This document shows positions 23,694 through 33,566 of a stretch of 64,000 nucleotides of DNA, one piece after another. Under the pieces are notes generated by a model that did no database searches, was not told the DNA's origin, and saw only the letters and a program-made list of their open reading frames with translations. The DNA is from Blepharisma stoltei ATCC 30299 (lineage: Eukaryota; Protista; Ciliophora), in contig CBFDEM010000005.1 in assembly GCA_965603825.1 (NCBI GenBank), forward strand, positions 186,001 through 250,000. The letters run 5' to 3'. The number at the start of each line of letters is the position of its first letter. The stretch's first letter is position 1. A program made the translations under genes and the position numbers.

Positions 23694-25592
23694 ATGGAAA
23701 TAAAGGTGCTGGCTGGGGTATTAGTTTTGACAGTGCTAGTTATATGTAGGATGTTCTCCTATGTGAGGCCATCTATAATTATGCAAACTCTTGAAATTGT
23801 GGCTTATGCTATTTGTGCGTTTATTTTGTTGTATTCAAAATTTACTAGAGTAAAGGTGATTAAAATCAAGCCCAAGTCTGAAAAAATTTTTATGAATCAT
23901 GAAATTTGTGAAGAAAATGAGCCTAGAAGAGTAGTGAAATCTAGTTCGCCAAGAAAAATTGAAAAACAAGAAATAACACAACATTCTAAGCAGGAAGAGT
24001 TAAAGAACTTTAAAGTTTTTCCTGAATATGATCCAATTCGTGTTCCATCTCTTATAAATGGCTTTAGCTCTGAAATGGGGCATAAAGACATGTCAAAATA
24101 TTCAGAAAAATATAGAGAATTAAAAAGCGAGCTTACTAATCAATTTGAGTCAATTGATTATGTGACCAAAGCTGAGTATAATGGATTAGCTGAATATTTA
24201 AAGAATTCAATGAGATATGACAGCAGTATAGAAGAGCGATTGCCTGTGCAAAATAATATTGTGGAGTCTTATAATTCAATTATTGAAGGAATCACTCAAG
24301 AATTAAATAAAAGAATTGCAGAGGAGGAAGAATTTAAGCTTGCTGAAAAATTGCAAATTGAGGAAGCTGAAAAATTGAAAGCAGAGGAAGAAAATAGAAT
24401 AATGGCTCAAAAACAACAAATCTATGGAGAGAAAATGAAAATTGAGGAAGAAAAACAAAAAATTGCTAAAGAAAGACAAATTCATGAAGAAAAAATGCAA
24501 AAAGATCAGCAAGAAAAAGCTCCAGCTAAAATTTTATCTGTATCTGAGCCTTTAGATAATCCCAAGCCAGCTGCTCAAGTACCTCCAGTCCAAATAAAGC
24601 CTGAAGAAAAGCCCGAAAATGCTAAACAGGCAAGCATTCCTTTAATTCCACCAAAACAAAGCCAGCCAGAACCCATTAAACCAGTCTCAAATAATTCTCA
24701 AATTCCTGCAAAATCTTTGTCAATTTATTCCCAAGAGAGAGAAGTTCCTTTTATAACTCCAGAATCTCCAACCTACAGAGACCGCATGGAAAAATTAATC
24801 GCTGGATATGATTCATCAAGACTTAAAGCAGAAAAGAATTGTCCTTCAAATATAAGAGACGATATAAACGCAACAGTAAACCAAATAACCTCAAGCCGGA
24901 CAGATATTGAGCATTTAAATCGTAGAATAGAAATTGCTATCAACGTGCTTAAAGAATTAAATTCAGAACAAAGAGAAGACGCGCTGTACTTATTATGTGA
25001 AAGGGTAACTTCAGCTGTACAAGATAAATGTGATAGCATAGTTTATGGACCAGAATATACGCTGAATTTCATAGACTTTATCTTGACTATTGGGAAAACT
25101 TATCATGAAATCAGAAAAAATTTCTTTTTATCTATAATAAATAGAAGGAAAATTTTGGTGCCAATATATGGAACTGCTGATCCTGAAAGGATAATGAAGA
25201 GAGTCCTGCTTAATGATTTGAATGAAGGTTTTAATAATGATATGTGCGTTGCCGAAATGAATTTATCTAGGTCATATGGGATCTTGCTTGCTTCTTTTTA
25301 CACACATAAAGAATCCCCTTGCAATGTTGGTGATTGCTGAAGGTGGCTTTCATTTTTCTTAAATATCCCTGAAGAATATATCGATAGGAATTACATTCCT
25401 ACACTTGAAGGATTCTTAAAAGTAAGTGGCCCATTCATGAAGCAATACTATTCATCGCAATTTTCAAAAATAGCTTCACTTCTAAGCGATGCCTATCTTC
25501 CTATGGTTAAGCAAAGATTTTCGGTGAGATACCAACATAAAACTTTTATAGCACAGTTACAAAAAGTTATAAATGAGCTTTTAAATAATTAA
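23694..25592 (+). CDS. GLE1: GLE1-like mRNA export factor with N-terminal hydrophobic segments, 632 aa
   Basis: Reading TGA 25338 as Trp extends the ORF to TAA 25590 and gives DCWRWLSFFLN...TLEGFLKVSGPFMKQYYSSQFSKIASLLSDAYLP. This matches the GLE1 C-terminal pattern GWRWLA.ILN...FLEV.G..L...Y..QF.K...I...Y.P. A central E/K/Q coiled coil precedes it. Confidence 0.72.
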
Positions 25593-25745
25593 TATTACCA
25601 ATATAAATCTATAGTAGGCATCGAAATTAAAAAATAATTAATGATTCTAAGTCTGAAAAAATTATATTAAAAATCCCATGTCCTTTTTCAAATCATTTAT
25701 CTGCTACTTCAATCCATAGTTATTTATATTATTTAAAAGAGCACA

Positions 25746-27469
25746 ATGGGTATTCCCTAATACAGAGCCAAACCCCCTAGATTTACTTCGCGAAGAGATA
25801 GGTACAGATGAAGTCTACGTTAAAGTCAACGCAATTCATCGCTTACAAATAATTGCAACTATCCTCGGCCCAGATAAAGTTCAGAGCCAATTGTTGCCTT
25901 ATTTATCAAGTAATTTTTTACTCAGCCTTGACAAACGAAGAAGATGAAGTTCTTTTTGCTTTGGCCCAAGAGCTCGGTAATATATCCTCATTTTTGCCGA
26001 ACCCCAGTGTTTTGCTTCCATTATTAGAAACCCTTGCAATGATGGATGAGACTGTAGTCCGAGAACAAGCCGTAAAATCCTTAATATCAATCTCCAACGT
26101 CCTCCCAGACAGCGACATTATCAATCTCCTCGTCCCTTGTGTTTTGAAGCTTTCTGCTGCTGAAAATTTTTCCTCAAGGATCTCTGCTGTCACTCTATTT
26201 GGAGCTGCTTACCCAAGGAGTGGGAATTTCAAAGAAAAACTGAGACAAAAGTTTTTAGAACTGAGCCATGAAGATACTCCTATGGTAAGGAGAGCTGCAG
26301 TTATTGAAATGGGCATTTTTGCAAAAGTCGTAGAAAAACAGTTTTTGATTTCTGAATTAATCCCAGATATAAGGCAGCTTGCACAAGATGAACAAGACCA
26401 GGTCAGAACTTTGTGTGTAGACTCTATGATTGAGGTAGCAAGGCTGCTAAATAAAGAAGAAAACAAGCTGCACACCTTACCAATCATCCTTTTAGTAGGT
26501 GAAGACAAGTCGTGGAGGGTCAGGTACCATTTCGCTCAAAAATTCCCACAGCTTGCTGAAGCATTAGGAAAAGAAATCACAGAAAATTCCCTCATACAAA
26601 CTTTTGTGCAGCTGCTGAGAGATATAGAAGCAGACGTCAAATCTATAGCTTTGCATTCATTGAAAAGTACAATGAACTTGATAAACAGAGAAAAAATACA
26701 AAATTTAGTGTTTCCTACTGTAGAAGCTATATCTTCTGACGTCTCTTTAAATCCTAAGGTGAGGAAAAACTGTGCAGAGGTGATTGCTGAGATGGTCCAA
26801 TATGTAGGCAGAGAGTTCGCTTCGTCAAAAATTGCTCCAATTGCCCTTGTTCTGATGAGTGACGAGAGCTTTGAAGTCAAAATGAAAATGGTAGAAGGCC
26901 TAGGCAACCTAGCATCTGTGATTGGGACTGAGCTGCTTTCACCACCTATTATAAATCAAATGGTATCTTTAGTTAAAGAGTCCCCACAGTGGAGACTGAG
27001 GAAAACCGTCATTAAAAGCTGTGTTGACATCACAAGACATCTAGGAGAAGAGGCCTTTATTAGACACTTGCAGCCTATCTATATGTCATTTTTAACTGAT
27101 CCAGTAAACGATGTCAGAGAAGCTGGCATCGAAGAACTAAACATATTAGCCACAGTAATGACACCAGAGTGGACAGTTGCTGAATTTTTGACGAAATTAG
27201 AAGAAATCTACCACAGCCAAGCCAACTGTATTGCAAGAATTACAATCCTTAGAGCTATGGGCAGCATCTATGTAAACCCAGACCAGTACGTCCCAATCTT
27301 CAATGAAGCTGCCAGAGATAAGGTCGCCAATGTTAGGCTGATTTTGTGCAAGGTCATAAAGAAACTTTCTAGCAAAATTGATGTCTCGCAATTTAGGAAT
27401 CTCTTGCAAGATCTATCCAGAGATGCTGATAAAGATGTCAAGTATTACGCTCAGCAAGCTTTAAGATAG
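25746..27469 (+). CDS. PPP2R1A: Protein phosphatase 2A scaffold (A/PR65) subunit, 563 aa; exons 25746-25749, 25766-25909, 25926-27469
   Basis: HEAT repeats; removing two 16-nt introns restores MEPNPLDLLREEI...VKVNAIHRLQIIATILGPDKVQSQLLPYLSTLTNEEDEVLFALAQELG. Also EDTPMVRRAA, EDKSWRVRY, DKVANVR and DVKYYAQQAL. Confidence 0.93.
25750..25765 (+). other. 16-nt spliceosomal intron (PP2A-A intron 1)
   Basis: GTATTCCCTAATACAG; removal deletes an in-frame TAA and restores the frame; A at -6. Confidence 0.85.
25910..25925 (+). other. 16-nt spliceosomal intron (PP2A-A intron 2)
   Basis: GTAATTTTTTACTCAG; removal corrects the frameshift between LLPYLS and LTNEEDEVL; A at -6. Confidence 0.9.
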
Positions 27470-27506
27470 GATAATTAAATTCGTCTATAAATTGGTTATT
27501 TAAATA

Positions 27507-28292
27507 ATGGGAAAATATGATGAAATTGTTGAAGAATCAGTCGAAAGCCAACAGCCTATGTCAATTCTGTCAGCACCTGGAGAACCAAATGAAGCAGCAG
27601 TTAGTCAAAGCCTTATCACGATTTTAGTAAAAGTCTCTGACACTGACACTCGTTCAATTTTGGTAGACCCTGCAGCAGAAATCGTAGGAAATTTGAAAAT
27701 TAAGCTTTTTCCAAAAGAAATGCAGGAAAATAAATACGTAAGACTTATTTTTGGAGGGAGAGTTTTGGTTGATTCACATTTAATTTCGCTTTATAAATTG
27801 AGCGATAAATGTGTAATTCATGGATTTGTGACTGATGTAGTGGATGAACAGCCTGGGTCATCAAGAACGATGCTGAGGAGACAACAAGCAAGAGGACTTG
27901 ATAAGCTTGAAGAGTCTGGGTTCACTGTTGACGACATTCATGGGATGAAATTCCATTTCCATGCTATGTGTGTATATAGTGGTATTAATAAAGACACTGA
28001 AGAAGAAAAAGTGGCTTTGGAGGAAAAATGGCTGGAAGGGAAGCTGCCTATTATTAACGCGAGTCCTGATGAAAGAACCAGGATTCAGCTGAATTCTTTG
28101 CATGAACGAGGAGATGGGCTGAATTTCATTTTGGGGTTTTTGATTGGAGTCTTGTTAAGTTTTTTGAGCTTATTCGTTTTAAAGTACTTTAAATTAAACG
28201 AATTCCAGAAATTTGGCACACAGGTTGGCTTGGTTTTATCTTTGCCTATTTTTATTTTGACCCTCGTCATTATTTTTACAGGAGAATTTTAG
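27507..28292 (+). CDS. DSC3-like ubiquitin-like domain membrane protein (DUF2407 family)
   Basis: UBL domain (VRLIFGGRVL...VIHGFV), RGLDKLEESGFTVDDI motif and two C-terminal TM helices. Confidence 0.75.
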   Translation: MGKYDEIVEESVESQQPMSILSAPGEPNEAAVSQSLITILVKVSDTDTRSILVDPAAEIVGNLKIKLFPKEMQENKYVRLIFGGRVLVDSHLISLYKLSDKCVIHGFVTDVVDEQPGSSRTMLRRQQARGLDKLEESGFTVDDIHGMKFHFHAMCVYSGINKDTEEEKVALEEKWLEGKLPIINASPDERTRIQLNSLHERGDGLNFILGFLIGVLLSFLSLFVLKYFKLNEFQKFGTQVGLVLSLPIFILTLVIIFTGEF

Positions 28293-28348
28293 AAAGTCTG
28301 CTTATAAATTGTCTAATATATTAAATTTATATAACATGTCAGTCTTAT

Positions 28349-30007
28349 CTAAGAAAACTCATGACTGAGTTTAGCGAGCATATGTGTAAAGCTGACTCTT
28401 CTTGTGTAATCTGGATTAAGCATCTCCCGCAGCATATCAGATATCCATTTAATCTTGAACCTTGAAACATAATCTTGCAGCTGAGGCTGAGCGTCGCGTT
28501 CATTTAGCCCTTTTACTTCCGCTAATGTATACATTTGTAGGAATACCATGCCTAAAGAGTAGACATCAGATTTCTTTGGCTTATAATTGATTCTTTTAGG
28601 AGTGTTTGGATTAGTTCTAAACTCTCAATAAGCACTATAAAGCTCTGGCGACATAAAGTCTTTTCTTCCTTGAATATATTTCAGGTCAGTAGCCATGCTA
28701 AACTCAGCGATTTTTGGTTTTCCATCTCTTGTCAGAAAAATGTGTTCAGGCCTGATATCTTTGTGATAAATTTTATTTTTCTCAAGAAAACTGAACCCTT
28801 CTAGTAAATTTAAAACGATATTTTTATACTCTTCTATAGTATAAGCTATATGTCCTCTGTTTCTTCTTGTAATATCAATAAATAAACTAGACTCACAGAA
28901 TTCCATAACCATAGAAAATTCATACATTTTTCGGCCATGATCACTTGTTTCTTCTATATAAGAGCCATAATATTTTAAAAATGTAGGGTGTTTTTCTGAG
29001 ATTTTTTCGAGGATTTCTCTTTCTTTTTGATAGATATTCAGCTGTTCAAGCTTTCAGTGGCTATAGGTTTTTATAGAAACTTCTTGTGAGCCATCAAGAA
29101 CTCCTTTTGAGATTTTCTTGCGTAGCTGAGTAAGCTCATCTGTGCTAAGATGCAAGGGAAGGTATTCAAACTTTAGCCTATCTTTAGACAAAGCAGGAAA
29201 AGATGAAGCAGAATATATAACCCCGAATCGATTGCTATATGAGTTGATTGCATTTGAAAGCTCTTCATCTTTAATTTGGAGAGATTTTAATAATTCCAGT
29301 ATTTCTCTTGTTCCTGCTTCATCTTTTAGTGCAGGCTCTCCAGTGATTTTTGAAATATCTAAAATATCATTTGTTTCCTCAATTCAATTAATTGCATTAT
29401 TTATAACAACTCTCTTTACAAAAGAAACGTCATATCCAGCTTCTTCAGCTAATTTAATCTCTTGAATGCTTAATTTGATCTCTTTTTGATCAATACACAA
29501 TGCGTTTTTTAGTAGGCACCTTTTTATTTGTTCAAGGACTCATGCTTCTTCATCTTCTAAATCTCTATAATTTAGCTCTTCTTTTATTTGTTTTATTTTT
29601 CCAGCCCATTCTAGCACACTTGCTATATCTTCACATGAAGAGGAGGCTAAAACAACTTTTTCAAGCATCAGGCGCACTGAGTCTTTTATATCAAAATCTG
29701 GGCAATTTACTTTGAAATAGGAAATAATGTTAAATGTGAAGCTAAAATAAGTTAAATCAAACGGCTTGTGGTCTATAACAGCAACAAAGTAGCAAGCGTA
29801 ATAGAGGATTTGGGCAGTTGGAGCAATTTGAGGGTTTATGGTAAATAAGTTGTTAATTTCTTTTTCCATAGCTTGGAGATCTTCTAAACTGAGGGTATAA
29901 TTAAAGGTCATTAATGTTTTGAGAGTGTTTGATTTTGTTTGACCAATTTTAGGGATCAATCGCTCGTGAATGTATTGAATCATGTCTTCAATAGGATCTG
30001 AATCCAT
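28349..30007 (-). CDS. Protein-kinase-fold protein, probable pseudokinase, 552 aa
   Basis: Three track ORFs join in one frame with TGA=Trp; I found no TAA/TAG in between. VSIK, FLKYYGSY, MVMEFCE, YHKDIRPEHIF, KIAEFS, FMSPE, KSDVYSLG. Confidence 0.85.
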
Positions 30008-30369
30008 TTCTATAATTATAAAATATTTTATAAATATTAAGTAAAGGGTAGATTTAGCAGCATAGCAGTCGACTTACTTTTTGGTTAGCTTTATCTTTTT
30101 TTTTTTTAGGAGGCTCTTATAATGATTATTCTCTCTTATTTTAGTAGCTCTTCGTTTGGTGGCTCATCTTTAGGTTCCTTTTGCTGCCATTCAGCCTCTC
30201 CCTTACCTCTCCTGCAGTCTTCAATACAAATAAATTGATAGTAAATATTGACTAGCTTTTCTAAGAGTTATATATTTGTTCTAATTTTATTTTTCATTGA
30301 ATCTCAATAAATTCACTAATAAATTTTTAAAATTGCTTAAATCAGGAGTAAATTAAGGCAGAAATAATT

Positions 30370-31203
30370 ATGGAAATTTCCCCTAAGCTGACAAATTCCT
30401 TAGAATTTGCTGAATCAATACTCCTACCGAACTACAAAAAATACGCCAAGCATTGGCTTGCTAATGCCACAAAGAATGAAATCAAAGGGCTGAAGATAAT
30501 CAGCTACATCATCAAATGTGAAGGGAAAAAACGTTTTAAACGTCCCTCTATGAAACCTCGCATTTCTGACCTAAGAGCTGCTGAAAACGACATAAGAAAA
30601 GAATCTATGAGGTCTCATTATGATATAGAGTTTGGAGTCGAGCAGCTAAAGCATATTTCAGGCAGCGCAATTCTGAGATATCGCAAGTTATCTGAATTAT
30701 CTTTTAGCACCATCTTAACGAAAGAAGCTTTAATCTATTTGGAGCGCTGGATACAGCTTAGAGATAGCGAAGAATATCAGACGCTGCTTTTAAACTGCCT
30801 GAGAGGGATTTATTCTTGTATTAAAATTCAGCAAAATCTGCCTGTGACTCAAACCCAAGAATCGTTTTATTGGTACTCAGCAGAAGACCAAGAGAGAGTC
30901 AAACAGAGCAATCGGAATTTTGTCCAAACGGCGCCTACATTTTATAAGAGATCGAGAAGAGCATTGAGCTCAATTAACCCAGGAGACATCACTTTTGAAA
31001 TTCCAGCTTATGATAGATCAATGTCTAAAGAAAGAAAACTTAGTGGACTGAGAGGGAATGGAGATTTTACAAGCTGGATTTCTAATTTAAATACTGGGAA
31101 AGTTAGCTTGTATCAAGACTCATTTTCAACTCATTTTTCACCTATTAGATCGGGAAGAAAAAGTGACTTTAATACATCAGTGATTATAAAGGTTGTCCCT
31201 TAA
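30370..31203 (+). CDS. Hypothetical protein, 277 aa
   Basis: Long ATG to TAA ORF flanked by AT-rich spacers. Confidence 0.75.
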   Translation: MEISPKLTNSLEFAESILLPNYKKYAKHWLANATKNEIKGLKIISYIIKCEGKKRFKRPSMKPRISDLRAAENDIRKESMRSHYDIEFGVEQLKHISGSAILRYRKLSELSFSTILTKEALIYLERWIQLRDSEEYQTLLLNCLRGIYSCIKIQQNLPVTQTQESFYWYSAEDQERVKQSNRNFVQTAPTFYKRSRRALSSINPGDITFEIPAYDRSMSKERKLSGLRGNGDFTSWISNLNTGKVSLYQDSFSTHFSPIRSGRKSDFNTSVIIKVVP

Positions 31204-31888
31204 AATAAATTTTATGGCATCTTTTAAAAATATATTAGCCTTAATTGGTTTAATGATGATATGCTACGAGAATTTTTACTTTTAAAAATAATTAGATTAA
31301 TTGATAAGACGATTGGAGATCAATTGAAAAGGCATTGATTCAAATGAGTAAATGCTTTATTATAATTAAAATTTCTCTTTATATCAATATCTTGTTTAAA
31401 TTAAAAATAATTTTTATGCAGACTATGGCTCCTATGATTGCTCAACTAGTGATATTAGGATAAGTCCACCTCTTTATGCAAAATTTTTAATTTAGAACAA
31501 TTTTTTTATCCTTCATTTTTTTAAGGGTTTTTACAGGCTAAAATTATTACTATAATTAAGTTTAACTTTTTCGCTTTTTGAATGTTCCCACAACTCAGCA
31601 TCTTCATTTACTCTTTTAATAAATCTTAAATTCAAAATAATTAGTTCATTTTTATCTTCATTATAAAATCATCGCTTTCATTAATTTTAATACAATCTTA
31701 AAATATCATTAGTAGCGTTTTTAACTTTCTCAATATCTATATTTTATCTTTTCTATTTAAACTTTTCCCTCTGACGTCTATTTTTAATTTTAATTATTTT
31801 CAGCTTCATCTCAGCAAACGAAAAAGTTCCATGCAGAGAAGCTCAATCCAATCAATCTCCCTCCTGATAAGAGAGTCCAGTTATTAAA

Positions 31889-33196
31889 ATGAAAATGTCT
31901 CGTGGGACTAAGCGAACAGTTTATAAGCTAACAGATACCTCGCATCACACACCGTTTAAAGAGAGAGCGCCAAGCGTTACATCTTTAGTTATTTCCCATC
32001 CAAAGCAAGGCTCATTTGCAACGAACCCATCACCTCCAAGGTATCCTTTACTAAACCAAAAACTATCTGCTTGTGTTAATTTACATAACACACGTTCACA
32101 AGCTGATTTAAAAGGAAGAGAAGACCAGCCGAATCCTGGGCCAAAAAAAATCAGAGATGGATCTCCTGCCACAACAAATAAAATTTTGAATAATTCTCTG
32201 AAAAAGCAAGCATCATCAGGCAATCTATCAATGATCTCTTCTAATGGAAACTCTTTTTCATTAAGTCAATTGGATTCTTCATTCCATTTAAAATCAATTT
32301 CAAACAAACAAGAAGCCTTTACTCACTCTTGCACTGAATGCCTTGACCCAAAATCTCACATTAAGCAAAAATCGCTCAATTGCACAGAAAGCGATTACTC
32401 TCTGAATGAAAAAATAAAGGTTTTGGAGCTAAATGAAGAAAAAATCCCTCTGAAATACAAACTTTCAGTTATTAAGCAAGCTTTAGAAGAAATTTCGAAT
32501 AAGGATCAGCAATATGGGCCAATTTTAAAAAAAATAAAGCTGAGCTTGGATCAGTATGTGCGCGAGATGAAAACTATTGAAAAATTAAACGAAATTTTAA
32601 AGGAAACTAAAGAGGAGCTTGAAAGGGTAAAATCAGACAATAAAAATCTGCTTGCAAAGGTTGAGATTCTAAGTAATAAAAAACCGTTGAGAACAAATTC
32701 ACAAGATTCTTCAAGCTCTAAAGGAGAAAATAGCGAAGTTGTTTTAAAGCTAATAGAAGAAAATAAAGAATTAACACAAAATCTGTTATGTGCGCAAAAA
32801 GAGCTAAAAAAATTTCAGATTAGAGACAAAAAATATATGATGTTGATTACAGAAATGAAGAACAGAGGATATCCAGTTGATGAAATTTATGATTCTGCAA
32901 TTAAAAGCTCAAAAAGATCAAATTCAAGAGGAAAAAAGGTACCCACATTGCCATTAGCAGATGTTAAAAATTGTATATCAATTAGCACTGGGGACTCTGA
33001 TCTAACAGGTATAGAGTCTCAAGCTACCACAGGGCACAATATCACATCTATTCAAAGCCCACCCGAAGACAGGCATGATGTCCCAAAGCTTAAAATTCCT
33101 ATGAAAAAGTCTACAGAATTTCATCAAGAATTTATGTCAAAATTTGATGAGTTTTCTGAGTCTTGGAGGCATCAAATGGATGTGCAAAAAAGGTAA
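31889..33196 (+). CDS. Coiled-coil protein, possibly with a TSNAXIP1-N-like segment, 435 aa
   Basis: Ser-rich N-terminus, LSVIKQALEEISNKDQQYGPILKKIK segment, coiled coil, and C-terminal FHQEFMSKFDEFSESWR. Confidence 0.75.
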   Translation: MKMSRGTKRTVYKLTDTSHHTPFKERAPSVTSLVISHPKQGSFATNPSPPRYPLLNQKLSACVNLHNTRSQADLKGREDQPNPGPKKIRDGSPATTNKILNNSLKKQASSGNLSMISSNGNSFSLSQLDSSFHLKSISNKQEAFTHSCTECLDPKSHIKQKSLNCTESDYSLNEKIKVLELNEEKIPLKYKLSVIKQALEEISNKDQQYGPILKKIKLSLDQYVREMKTIEKLNEILKETKEELERVKSDNKNLLAKVEILSNKKPLRTNSQDSSSSKGENSEVVLKLIEENKELTQNLLCAQKELKKFQIRDKKYMMLITEMKNRGYPVDEIYDSAIKSSKRSNSRGKKVPTLPLADVKNCISISTGDSDLTGIESQATTGHNITSIQSPPEDRHDVPKLKIPMKKSTEFHQEFMSKFDEFSESWRHQMDVQKR

Positions 33197-33566
33197 TCCT
33201 CGATCTTGTGTATCAAGTAATATTCATAAGTTAAATTTTGCAATTTTTAGGATTTAGTAAAAAATAAGTTCAGTAAGTGCCTCATTCAAGCACAAAATAC
33301 TTGTGAAAATCAATATATATATTATAATTAATATAATATATTTTTTATGAAGAAAGTATGCTGTTTATTAGACTAGCTAAAATTTTAATAGTAATTTTTT
33401 TTCATTTTTAAATTTTTATAATTCGCCAATAATTTCTGAAAGAATTTTCTTTAATGAATCTAAGTTGGTTTTTTTAATAAATAATTTAATTTAACGTTGC
33501 TTTTAATGTTTCATGACATAAATATTGGATATTAAGCCTAATATATATTATTTTACCAATTTTAAA

